64,000 nt of DNA from Amphiscolops sp. MND2022 (Eukaryota), in assembly GCA_964187785.1 (NCBI GenBank), contig OZ076409.1, positions 52,082,001 through 52,146,000 on the forward strand. The letters are read 5' to 3'. Of the stretch, positions 34,549-47,149 are shown one piece after another. Under the pieces are notes generated by a model, which did not search any database, was not told the origin of the DNA, and worked only from the letters and a program-made list of their open reading frames with translations. Numbering within the stretch: the stretch's first letter is position 1; each line of letters starts with the position of its first letter. The translations under genes and the position numbers were made by a program.

Positions 34549-35235
34549 AAACAAGCCGGGACCGGCCCAAGTCGGCGCCATATCCAAGGCTCAAAATAGC
34601 AAAAAGACTTCCAAGTGTCAAGTATTCTTTTACAGTAGTCGAAAATCGAAAATTTTTCGATTTTTTTTTTGAAAAAATTACATACTAAAAAAATGGACCG
34701 AGTGGCCCGCCGGGGCTCGCTACCGCGAGCCCCTGGCGCGCTAACGTCTCACAATGCCGAAAAACTGAAAGGGGGACCCTTTGAGGTTTTTCAACATCCA
34801 TTCTGTCGCAAAACATGAAAAAACTGAAAAAAACAAAAATTTTTATTTTTGGAAAAAAAATCTCACAGTGCCGAAAAAAAATTGGAAGGGGGGACCCTTT
34901 GGGATTTTCCAACATCCATTCTGTCGCAAAACAGCAAAAAAGTTGAAGGGGGGGACCCTTTGAAGAAAAAAAAATTCCGGGAAAAAAGTCTCGCAGTGCC
35001 GAAAAAAATTGGAAGGGGGGACCCTTTGGTCTCCCCGGGTATGGTATGGTACGCGGGAAAACAGGAAAAACCTTTTTGGTTCAGTTCGCTAGACCAAATA
35101 GTGCATTTTGGACCAATAATATTTTGTAGAACTTTTAAGAACTATTTTGGTCAGTTCGTGTGGATTGAAAAAAAAAAAAAAAAAGAAAAGTCACTATAAT
35201 AGTCGCGTTTCACTTCATGAAGCGCCGACTAAAAA
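34549..35235 (-). mobile_element. HINE family A copy with internal tandem repeats
   Basis: Same termini; repeated GTCTCACAGTGCCGAAAAA..GGGGGACCCTTTG..CAACATCCATTCTGTCGC units. Confidence 0.85.
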
Positions 35236-36419
35236 TGAGATTTTTGAACAGTCTCATAGTGCCGAAAAATCTGAAAGGGTGCACCATTTGGGATTTTTCA
35301 ACATCCATTCTGGGAAAGAACTAAACACTCCTGTTAATTTATGAAGCGCACAAATAATTACCGCATGTCACTGTACCAGTTTACACCGCGTTTGATTCTT
35401 CTCAGACTAAAGAAAGTACAATTACTCTGTGTATTAAAAGTTTCGCATTCGTATTTGAATGCATGCGAAGCTCTTGGCGTACGACCATTCAACACTCGGT
35501 CGCTTCAGCTCAATAAAAGTGGTGCCTTGCTACTATGGAAAAAAGAAGCGTCGTAGATTTTTGTACCATTTCAGCTTACATTTCTTTTACAATTCAGTTC
35601 ATTTACCCAAAAGGCTCGAAAAATCTTCATACGCAGGCACCACGAGGAAACCAACGTTAAAAGGATTTTTTCTTTAAAGTTGTTGAAAACAAGAAGCTTC
35701 GAACAATGTGCCTATCAGTGCTTAATAACTTTCAAATGATTCAATTGAGGTTACAAGCATTGGTTTATTGGTATTTCAATGATTAAGTCTAAAATTGCGA
35801 AAAGTCAGACAGCCAGAGTTTTTAAGGAAGAGCTTGAGTTAGACTTCAAAACATTCAATCAAGTGACATCCAACATAAATTCCAGAAAAAAAGGTAAGTC
35901 AAGAAAACCTAAACAATATAAAATAATAACAGAGCATCAATACTTTCATATCCAGTAGTTTCATTTAGCACTCATTGCAGGAAACAAGATGTCTAGAATT
36001 TTTTCTACGGTCAACAAAGCTGTAGGATAGAATTTCATTCCCTGGACCAATTAGAGTAGGTAAAAACAGTTTACAGATGACTGGAAAAGCTTGAAATCCT
36101 TACAAATAAAAAAGGGCTGTTCAACCGAAAGTAAACTTGAAACACAACACAAGACGCCTCTGTGAAATCGGACTCTCACAAAACGGACGTTTGTTTGAAA
36201 AGGAGAAAGAAACGGAAGTCTTAACTCTACAGCTCTGAAAATTAGCTCATGCATATATGAATATAGGGCCCCAAAAGCCCTAATGCGGAAAAAAAATCAG
36301 TAATTTGAACACACCTCATTTTAATCTGTCGAGACAAATCAAATCGGGAATACCGTCAACAGGTCGGATATAGCAACTTTTCTTCGAAATGAAATTCATC
36401 CTAATCGGTAATAGCTGTT

Positions 36420-39400
36420 TGAGAAGACAAAAAAATAACAAAAATTAATTGATGAATAATTTAAATCAACTTTTACAAGAACAAAAATATAAAAAATAAT
36501 AGAAGCAGTTTTAATGTTTATCAATTGCAATAGAAGAGTACATTTGATGAGTCAGACCAAGCAAGCACGCAGTCAATTTTGTTGTAGCGAACATTAGAGG
36601 TCTGCTTGATAGTTTTGAAGAGTTTTGTAGCGATGTGGGCAGCACAAAGTTCGAGGATGTTGTGGAATGGATCTTTCAGAATTATGCTTTCATCGCTTTG
36701 GCGTAAGTCTTCGGATAGTCGTGAATTTAACTTTGGTTCGTTTGATGTCCATTTACGTAAGGGAAATCCACTTTCATTCAGGACGGTAATGAGTGAATCT
36801 TGATGACAGGATTCTTCCAGTGAATTTGTACCCGACAGCAGATCATCTACATTAAAATCACGTGTGATAGTGAGTTTCGTGACATCATCATCGGTATGTT
36901 TCGCTACCTCACGCAAACTTCGAATGGAATGATAGGATGCTGACGTTGTACCATATAGTCTAAATAGGACTTATGCAACGCGTCATATCTCATGAGGTTT
37001 CGTTCAAGGACAAAAATCGTCCTTCAGCGTGGTGGAAACTTTTGCCAAAAGGTTCCCGATCATGTTTGAAGGCCAATGAGATAACAAATCGGCCCGAAGA
37101 ACCTTTTGACGTGTTTTTGTCGAAATGTCCTCGCACTCCTGTTCCTCTGAAGTTAAAATTGAGGCTTGTTTGGGTTTTTCATTTTCCCAAAAACGCTTCA
37201 GAAGGTCATTTGTTGACATGACTTGTGGGTGGTTGCTCACAAGGTTGTTCTGGTAGAAGGCAGGACTCCACTCGAGACCCAACCAAAAATGGTTTCCTTG
37301 ATAAATAATATGTCTGTTAGTGCAACCCTTCCATTCAAAAACAGATGATCTACAAGACCCACCCCAAGGATTAGATCACATTCTGATGGTCGATTGAAAC
37401 TAGGATCAGACATTTTGTAATTTGATAGTTCCCATCAGTTGAGTTCAAAGGGCGGGTTTGGTAAAGGACCCGTGACTTTAGGTAATAGAAACGCTTGGCT
37501 CGTTATTAGCACCAATTGATGGTTTGATTTCTACGCTCGTGGTGTATTGGGGTTCAGTAATTATTGATTGACCAACGCCCATCATGCACATTGAACACTT
37601 TGATTTTTGCAGCTTCAACCTAACAGCACAGGCTTCATTATTGAGCGTCGCTTGAGAGTCAGAATCAAGAAGGGTTTTGCATTTGTGGAAGCGACTATTC
37701 GATTTTATCAACCTGGGCGAGTAGCTAAAATGACTTGATTGCTGTCCTTTAGCTGTCCATGTATTGCTTGTCACAGAATTGGTAGGATTTTGTTCCTAAA
37801 CTGCATTGACATTGCTGATTGATTTGGGCTGTTAACGATGCAGCATAGAATCATGTCTTCCCCTTGCATTCATGAAAGTTTGTTTACTCGGGCAAGACCT
37901 GGCATCGTGGCTACTACCAAAACAATTGAAGCATTTCGAAATACTTTTGATAAAGGCTGCTCGATCTGCGATAGTTTCTTGAAATCACTGCTTTGATGTA
38001 GTCTATGTGTTTCTTTGCAATTAGGACAGCTAGGCAATTGAGTAGCTACAAGCACCTGGGATTTTGTTGACTACACTCACTGGAATAATTGGTGCTGCTT
38101 CCAGAGCGATGGCACGTTGTTCGATGAACGCTTTCAAATCGGCATTAGTTTATTGAGTCTTAGCTCTAGTTTGAAGCTCCCAGCCTCTCCTGGTTTCCCC
38201 ATCCATTTTTTCACTAACAAGATAGATCAACAGTGTTTCCCAGTTATCAGCACCATGTGCATTCAAAGCCATTCAGTTATCGAATGTCTCGATAAGAAAT
38301 TTCAGACCTTTAGCATCATTGGTTTTGACGACAGGAGAAGATCACATTGCATGAATGTAGGAGCCCCCGATGGCGCGTTCATTTTGGTAGCGATCAACTA
38401 AAATTTTCCAAGCAGTTGAGTAAATAGCAGATGTTAGTGGCACAGATGAAATCACAGATATTTTCTTTCGAGAACATGCGCATCCAGTTTCGGAAGTTTG
38501 ATTCCATTAGCAGCCAACCATGTGGTATACTGGAGGAGGATGTTGCTGCAGAAAGGCAATCTGGATGAGAGCTTCCGCAATTTTGTCCATATATTCACTA
38601 GTATCCAGAAACTCTGTCAAGCTCGTCGTTGTCTACGATCAGACTTCCAATCTCCTAGTTTCGTTCTTCGAGTGTCTTTTGTTTCAAAATGATCTTCTGT
38701 TTGATCGACTCCTGTTCAAGGTTCTTGGCGTCATCCAAAGATCCAGAGAATTTTTCATCTTTACTCACGTTTATCAATAGAGTGGCGTGACCACAATGAG
38801 CAGCTCGTGATCTCACTTTATGTTCCATTACACAGTAAAATATCAATTTACAAAATTTAGAACTCAAAGCAACAATATTAAATATTACGGCAACAAAAGA
38901 ATTATTCAACTGTCAGAAAAACCTACTTCAAGAAAATTGCACAAAGGAGTCACTCTAGTCTCAGATCACTATCACGCAAACACTAGGGTTCCATGATTCC
39001 ACCTCGACATGCTACATAGGTTCCGGGATAACCACTGGGCTCACGGCTTTCAATCAGTCTCCGAAAAGACTTGAGAGGGCTTCTATTTAATGTATTCCTT
39101 CCGGTCGAGTGAATTTCCCAATGATGGATTTGAACTAATGTAACAGATAGATTGAAAAACACTGCAAATATGTTTTTTACGATCCCGGTCGGCGGACCAA
39201 TAATTGATGAAAGAGAAGAAAATAAACTTATTGTTAAAAGAGAAGAAAATAAACTAATTGTTATGAAAAAATTGAATCAAGTTTTACATGCACAAAATAT
39301 AACAAATATTGGAATCAGTTTCAATGTTTATCAATTGCAATAAAAGAGTAACGAAATTTTCTACCAATTGAAAGATTATCTCAAGGAAGCAACGGAGAGA

Positions 39401-40211
39401 ATCTGCAAGAGAGTAGGTTAACAAAAGGTACGTCGAATGTATAAACTTTTACAGGAACAGCTACATTACAAAGATGAAAGCAATTGATTGCGCCTACAAA
39501 GAGTCGAGCAATAAAGATTTTACAAGAAATTGCAAGACGCAAACGAATTTGCACTGCACAAAAAGACAAGCTTCAAAGCAAATTTACAAAAGGAGTATCT
39601 TTTGATTGGTTTATTGGGCTGCGACGAGTAGAACTGCACAAAAGTTTAAACCTTAAGCCTTAAACGCATACAACAAAACAGCAGGTCAAAAAGCGGTGGT
39701 ATCAATGATGATCGCACAACAGGGCTAGGGCTCGATGTTGGGATGCTAATCAAATCACCCACCCTTAGCTGCAAAACTGTTCCGACAATGGTTCCTCACA
39801 CAAAATGGATCGAAGTTTGATTAGCTAGCGCAAGAAGGTTGGATAACACTGCGATATATTGACGTGCTAAGGCACAGGTCTCAAGATCAAAACAATGTTA
39901 TCGAAGTTTGAAGTATTGAAAGGTGGGAGCTGACTGCGAAGTAGTAACAAAAAAGGATCAGGGTTCAATGAATCAAAGGAAAGCTCGGGTGAGAAGTTTA
40001 ACAAGAAGGTGTGTTTACGAAAGCACAAGTGTTGGTAAGATGGGTTGAATAGAATCTCATGAAAAATACTACTGATTAGTGTTGGCAAAGAAATGATTAC
40101 ATTATACTACATGTGAATTCAAATAGGCAGTTAATTTCACGTTTAAAGGCGGCACAATGTAGTGGTGACAGATTTACACAAGAAGATTTAGAGAAGTTTA
40201 CAATAACATCA
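36420..40211 (-). mobile_element. Decayed BEL/Pao LTR retrotransposon (5' LTR, PBS, gag-pro-RT-RNaseH relics, 3' LTR fragment)
   Basis: Putative LTR 39205-40211 with TGATG..CATCA ends; PBS at 39181-39199 (minus: TGGTCCGCCGACCGGGATC); relic motifs CPNCKETHRL (knuckle), LLDSDSQAT (protease), LKRFWENE, DFNVDDLLSG and GFPLRKWTSN (Pao RT), LELCAAHI..AWSDS (RNase H); 36420-36540 resembles 39240-39350. Confidence 0.88.
36541..38780 (-). pseudogene. Fragmented BEL/Pao gag-pol
   Basis: ORF fragments 37870-38055, 37478-37774, 37004-37282 and 36521-36916 carry ordered Gag knuckle, protease, RT and RNase H motifs, broken by stops and frameshifts; integrase is missing. Confidence 0.85.
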
Positions 40212-41291
40212 ATGATAAGTCAATGATTGAGTTTTGTTAATCAATACATGTTTTACGACGGTGCATTGCTGAAAGGTGCTCTCGATATGCTGGTGTGTAG
40301 TAATTGACACTCGCTTTTGATGCAAATGAAGACATAGCTTGTCTGACTTTACATTGTTGACTTTTATTGTCACTTTGGATAGTCAAAAAGCAAAGCCGAA
40401 AAGTGGCGCTGTCAATCAAAGACACTTGACCATGATGTTTGCGTGCTAATGTCAGAACGGTCATCACCGATTCAGACATTAGCATGGTCAATATGAAAAG
40501 ATAGAAATTCCAAACCGGGAAACTATTTAATAGAAAAACATCTTCAGCAGTGCCGTCAATAGACGAAAATCCGAAGGGGACCTATCATTAATTTTTTCCC
40601 AATTGAAAAATTACATAAACGAGAGGCGCATTGACGCTTCGATATTTTTCGTGAACTTGCGAGATCGTATAGGGTAAATAAATGTTTCCTAACGGAAAAT
40701 ATCACAAAAACGAATGCGATTTTTCCGAGAAAACGTTTTGGAAAAAGTATCACAATGCCGAAATCATTCAAAAGTGTGACTCTCCAGGCTCAAAAAACCC
40801 GCTTTTCCAGCTGGAAAAATATTTTTAAAAACCGAAGAATTATTTTAAAAAACCTCAAGTGCAAAGCAAAAACTCACACAATCATTGAGAAAACTCTCAT
40901 CAACCCCACAGGACCGGAAATTAACCAAATAGGCTGCCCTTAAGACTCAGGAAACGGTTTTCATCAACAGAAAACCTCAAAAACCAAAAAAAATGTCGAA
41001 AAAAATTGGGGAACAAAGTCGCACAATGTCGCAAAACCTTAAAATTTCTTAAAAGGGGCATAGTGCCAAAAAACCTGAAAGACCATCCAATGGTCTTTCC
41101 TGTCCCTTTGCAAGCCTCCAAAATTCTCGTCCAACGCGGAATTCGAACCAGTATATACGCAGAGGAATCTCATGAAAAAGAAGGTGTGAGAGTTTAGGTT
41201 TTAAGGTCTCAAGATGTAGCCAGGTCAAGTGTAAGTACTTTCTAAATTTCCACCAGCGCTTTTAATATTGGCAAAAACCGGAGAGGAAAAG

Positions 41292-41795
41292 AACAAGCCG
41301 GGAACGGCATATGTCGGCGCCACATCTAAGGCTCAAAAATAGCAAAAGGACATGAAAGTGTCAAAAAACTCAAAGTATCAAACTCACAAAAAGAGCATCA
41401 AACTCACGATAAACCACACGACGGAACTGTCGCGCCAGGTGCCCGTTAGCGTCGGCCCCTGGCGCGCTAAAAGAGGGGACCCTTTGAGATTTTTCAACAT
41501 CCATTCTGTCGCAATGCCGTAAAAAACTGAAAGGGGGGACCCTTCAGTCTCTCCCGGTATGGTATGTTACGCGGAAAAAAAGAAAACCCTTTTTGGTTCA
41601 GTTCGCTAGGCCAAATGATTGAATTTGGGACCATAAAACTTTGTAGAACTTCCAAGAACCATTTTGGTCAGTTTGTGTGGATCGAAAAAAAAAGAAAAAA
41701 GTCATCATAATAGTCGCGTTTCACTTCATGAAGCGCCGACTAAAAAAAGTCACTAAAATTAGTCGCGTTTCACTTCATGAAGCGCCGACTAAAAA
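41292..41795 (-). mobile_element. HINE family A copy with duplicated terminus
   Basis: Terminal AGTCGCGTTTCACTTCATGAAGCGCCGACTAAAAA occurs twice (about 41712-41745 and 41761-41795). Confidence 0.85.
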
Positions 41796-42178
41796 GAGTT
41801 TCCTAACTGCAAACAACAAAAATCAGAATTGAAAAAAATTTTGGACGTTTTCGGAAGCTTTGGGCTCGCCAAACACTTTTTCCAGGTCGAAAACAAAAAT
41901 GACAGGGGTACCAATTGACAATATAAAAAAATTCCTGAAACCCCCAAACTTTTGAAATTTTAATTCAGTCTACCAGATGAACCGTATAACAGCAATTTTA
42001 TGAAACAATGTGACAGTCAAATCATTCTTGAAATCTGCCGAATATGTTGAGGAAAGTCACAACAGCTAGCTTAAATTAGAAATTCAAGACTCTGTCCTCA
42101 CCACACCTTCGAAAATCTAAATTCCCACGTAGTGATTCCCACTAAAATTATTTTTTACCAATTCCTAAATTGGTTCAA

Positions 42179-42895
42179 TTTTTAGTCGGCGCTTCATGAA
42201 GTCAAACGCGACTATTATAGTGACTCTTTTTTTATCCACTCGAACTGACCAAAATAGTTCTTAAAAGTTCTACAAAATTTTATTGCACGAAATTGCACCA
42301 TTTGGCCTAGCGAACTGAACCAAAAAGGTTTTTCCTGTTTTTAAGCATAACATACCATACCGGGCGAGACCGAAGGGTCCCCCTTTTCAATTTTTTTCGG
42401 CACTGCGAGACTTTTCGGAAAAATTTTTTCGCCAAAGGGTCCCCCCTTCAATTTTTTTGCTGTTTTGTATCAGAATGGATGTTGGAAAATCCCAAAGGGT
42501 CCCCCCTTTCAGTTTTTTCGGCATTGTGAGACTTTTTTTCTAATTTTTTTTCTCTCCAAAGGGTCCTCCCTTCAATTTCTTTGATATTTCACAACACATT
42601 GGGTATTTAAAAATCCCAAAGGGTCCCCCTTTCAGTTTTTCGGCATTGTGAGACTTTTCGAAAATTTGTTTTTTCTCCAAAGGGCCCCCCCATTCAACTG
42701 CGACAAAAATGTTGACAATTTCGGAAGTGTCCCCCTTTTAGCGCGCCAGGGGCTCGCGCTAGCGGGCCCCGGCGCGCCACTCGGTCCATTTTTTTGCTTT
42801 TTCGATTTTCGAGTACTGTAAATTGACACTTGGAAGTCCTTTTGCTATTTTTGAGCCTTGGATATGGCGCCGACTTGGGCCGGTCCCGGCTTGTT
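42179..42895 (+). mobile_element. HINE family A copy
   Basis: TTTAGTCGGCGCTTCATGAAG ... GGCGCCGACTTGGGCCGGTCCCGGCTTGTT; inverted relative to 41292-41795. Confidence 0.85.
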
Positions 42896-44433
42896 GTTCT
42901 TTTAGAAAACGAAAAATGAAGAACATTCATTGATAATTCTTAGAATAAGAGGTAAAATTCGAAGCACGTCAAAGCTCAACTTCACCTCCATTGTACATTT
43001 TGGCACTCAAATTATTAAAAGCGTCGAAGCAGTGCTTATTTTAACCTTACGCAAGGCTAATGAAAACTTCTGACGAAAGTTGGTAATTGAAATCTGACTC
43101 TTAAAATGTTACTGCTACTGCACGCAAGGAATCATTTGCTACTATCTTGGTGTTACCAGAGTGTTATGGAGACAAACGTCTCGAAAGTTCGTGAATTTTG
43201 TTGCAACTTACTCAAGAATTCAATGACTACGCGATGATCCACGTGATATTTTTTTAAAGCTTCAACTATTGATGGGTCCAGTCGTCGTTCGATTTTGATT
43301 TTCAAGTAGAATTAGTGGCTAGTGAATCTTGGTATCAAACTGCATAGTAGCAGATGTCCTGTATTCAAATTCAATTAGGAAGTGTCACACACTCTATTAG
43401 CTCAAAAACTCCTTAGAAATTTTGGACCAAATGGGACGAAAAAAAGCGTTAAAACATGAAAAGTCTACGGATTTACTATTCTATTATCTTATTCGCAATT
43501 TGATACTAGAAAAACAAACCATTTTGATATTGAATGGTTTCGATCTGGTACATTGGTGCGCGTATAAAGTATTGGAAATCATAGACAAGACAGGAACGGC
43601 CTCAGTAGGCGCCCGCTTAAAGCTCGAAAAGAGCAAGTCTTTCAAAAAAATCTCATGATTTTCACAATGCCGAAAGATACCCAAAGGTAAAAACCTTTTG
43701 TCTCAAAAACGCTTTTCCGGCAACAAAAAACATCGGAAAAGCTTGGCTTAGTGAAATGAAAAGTTTCCATTAAAAATTGCTCATCACTGAAAAATTCCAA
43801 GGTCCTTCGCGAAAATGGCACAGTGTGTGATTCTGGACCAGCGATGCGAGCCGAAGTTGAGTCAATTTTTTACGTTGGACATACCTGGTGGGTTTTGTTC
43901 ATCAAGCAAAATATCCCGATTAACTTAATGCTAAAAACCTTCTAGAGAGTTTAAATGAATCAAATTAAGCAGCTTTAGGTAAAAGTGTCAACAGAAAATT
44001 CAAAATTCAAATTGTTCAAGTGATTTCGGATCGAATTTTAACCGACATTACATTACCTTCGATAGTTTATTGAAGAAAACGTTTAACATTTTTTCAAAAT
44101 TTTTCCCGGGCCAGAAATGTACGAAAAAGTGTGTGCTACGTCGAAAATCCATGAAAAAATATCAGCATAAAACAGAAGTATCTCGAGAAATTGAAATTTT
44201 CTGAGAACCTAGAAAAGTGATATCTATACTTTTGAAACTTTTTAAGATCAAAATATTTCAAAGCATATAGTTCCGACTACGTTGCAAAAGCAAAACCGAT
44301 ATACCAACAATTAACTCTTCCACGTCTTTCCGAAACTTAGCTTGAATAATTTGAATATAAATTCAATTCATATGCAATCCGAAATAAAAAATATTGACCG
44401 CTGGTGAAAAATCACAGAAGGAAAGGATCTTAC

Positions 44434-44700
44434 CTAAATTGAGAAAACTAAATGTTAAATAAGCAGTTGCAAAAATGGAGTGTCACGGCGTATGTTTGTT
44501 TGAAGGAAGAAATCTCAACAGTCGTCGCTCTGTCGGCTATTTTAGACACTTTGGACGGATATTCGACTTCGAAGTTTGATGCAAAAGTCTAAACTAGGCC
44601 CGAAATTGGGCTCTTGAGGGCAACAAACCTGTTTTTATGATTTAGGCGTCGTAGAAATACGGCAAATGAAAGCAATGGGAGAAGAATGAATGTAAGTGTT
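44434..44700 (-). promoter_or_regulatory. Candidate first non-coding exon / promoter-proximal region of synaptotagmin
   Basis: Consensus donor TAG|GTAAGA at 44433 on the minus strand, at the edge of a repeat-free, strand-asymmetric low-complexity island (44.4-45.5 kb). The link to the gene is inference. Confidence 0.25.
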
Positions 44701-47149
44701 TGCTTCTTCTGCTGCTGCTGCTGGCTAAGAATGGAGAAGCAGATAGCAATTGAAGGGGAGGGTATGAAGATATAAAATAGGGAATTGGGGCTAGCAGCTA
44801 GCTGTTCAAGAGGCAGGAAAAAGAAAACAAAAGATGGGAAGGTAGCAAAAAAGCTGAAGACGAGAGACGTATGTATGTATGTATAAGCGAAAGGCAGAGA
44901 GGGAACGAGATTTTAGGGGATCATCATTGGACCAGAAGAAATTGAGGGTTGTGATTGGATGATTAATTTACATTTGGATACACTCGATACATGTGCGTAA
45001 GTATATATTTATAACACGTATCGCGTCCGCCGACCGAAAGATAGGCAAATCGTTCTTGTTGCCGGTCTCGGATGCAAATACACAAGAGCGGGATGCCATG
45101 GCTGGTCCTGTGTTGGGTGGTAGGTGCTCCTCGTCGGTCCGGGGATGCGGTAACAGAGACGAGAAACACAAAGAAAAACAAGAAAGAGAAATGAGGGTGG
45201 AATGGATAGAAACACAACACATAGATGGATACTATACCTTAGATGTATATTTTCTTTCGTTCTTTCTGTCTCATTATTACCACTGCTTTCATTAGCAGCA
45301 GAACCACCATTCAAGACAACCGCAGTAGTAGCAGCTACAACTATTACAGCACTATCTATAGCCTATTTATTTCGCTCGCTCGATATTTCCACTCATTTTT
45401 TGCCTTGCCCGAAGAGAGCAGAGGCAACATTAATAGCACAAAAAACAGGGACGAATGAACAAGCGCAAGGTCCAAGCATCAAATATCGCACACACATCTT
45501 GGAAGCCTGATAAGAAAACAGGAGACCTTCACCAGTGCAAAACCGAACAGTGATCTGTTCTAGTGGTACCAACGGCCATCGCTACTTTCTACTTTCTTTT
45601 GAACAATCTTGCAGCATTTATTCCAATTTTCTTGCTTCGCTGGCAGTCAAGCGGGACTAAAACATACCGGACGACGCATAAAAACAAAAGGCTTGTCCAA
45701 TTTTAACGCGGCCATGCGAATATCCACCATTTTAAGCTTAAATGCACGATACACGTCAATACGAACAGGGCGCACCAAGTTCTTAGCCGACATGAATAAA
45801 TTTTTACTTCTCCTAGAAAAGTAGAAAAACCGACACAGCATTAAGGCCAATACTGATGATTTTGATACTATAAAGGGAAAAAGCGCTACGAAATTGAATT
45901 TCTCAAAAAGGTTGCCGAGATTTAAATTTACCGGCGAGTAAAAAATTCCCTTTTGGAAATTGAAAACAACGGATGAAGATTCTCAAAGCATTGGTGGGCA
46001 TTGTGAAAAGGAAACTGAACAAAACGGTTGCGCGCCATTGAAGGCAGAAAACCCTTTCGACAAATAGCCGGTCATATTTCAGATTAGGCGAGAACGGAAT
46101 TGATCTTAGAGTAAAATCCTCTAGAAATCTGAGAGAACCGTTCACCAATTCATCCCGAAAATGGCCATAAACCATTTAGATGAAGAACAATATTAATTTA
46201 TACATCTTTTTATGGATATAATCGCAATTTACAGCATCCACGCTTTCTCATTCATTTGGTTCGGCAGTCCACTTCTACACAACTGCTTTTCCTTAGCTTG
46301 TAAGTTGCCTCGCAGTTCGGTGCTAAAATTCGCCTTTTCTTTGCTCTCTCGAGGTTGAAAAACACGGAAAACGAATCAATTGATTGCATTAAGTTATGCA
46401 AAACTGGGTTCGCTGGGAAAAATGCAATTGAATTCATTGGAATTTTAATCCAACGCCGACAATTTTGCTTCACATATCAAAGCATAACATCGATTTTTGG
46501 AGACAAGAATTACACAATACACGTAGTATTCAGAACGAATGACTTTCCCAAATCAAGATGCAAGCTTAATGTATCTCTCTCTCTCTATTCAAGCTGGTAA
46601 GGTAATAATTCCGGTTCCAATTGAAAGCCTTCTCTAGGTCAATTTTGTTTGAAGGCAAAGGAGAGAAATTCAATGGAGTCAAATTTACATGAAGGTATCT
46701 AAGGATAAACAACACTGGGAGGAATAATTTTTATATGCAACAAAGGAATATAGCTTGCATTATTTCGAGCCTGCAAAAATACAAAGGGGTTTGAGCCGAC
46801 CTGGTTAAATAAAAAATAGGTTCAATAGCCCACTTCCAGAAATACATACAAGTCACCGATCCAGGAAAAAAAACATAGGTTGGAAGTAGTAGTATTTCCC
46901 AAGCAGTAGTAAAAATTGACGTGAATAGTGTATATGCCATGATTTCATTTCATAATTAATTTGTGTGAGATAATCCGATAGCAAGCAAACGGCTATTATT
47001 GTTGAGTTTTATTTGCTAAAAAAATTCTACAGGACATTTCTACATATTTTGTCATTGGTGTCCTGAAGTTTCAATGCGAGATTCAACGTTCCGACTTCGA
47101 TGCCTCGAGTTCCAAATTTAGGATAGACTCATATAGACGCGCGAAGAAT

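Noticed and set aside
36410..36420. TSD for the old BEL/Pao element
   Set aside because: Flanks (ATAGC vs ATGAT) do not match convincingly; the 3' LTR end is decayed.
44963..45510. Cluster of overlapping 70-100 aa ORFs on both strands
   Set aside because: Low-complexity sequence, no recognisable domain or exon chain; more likely regulatory.
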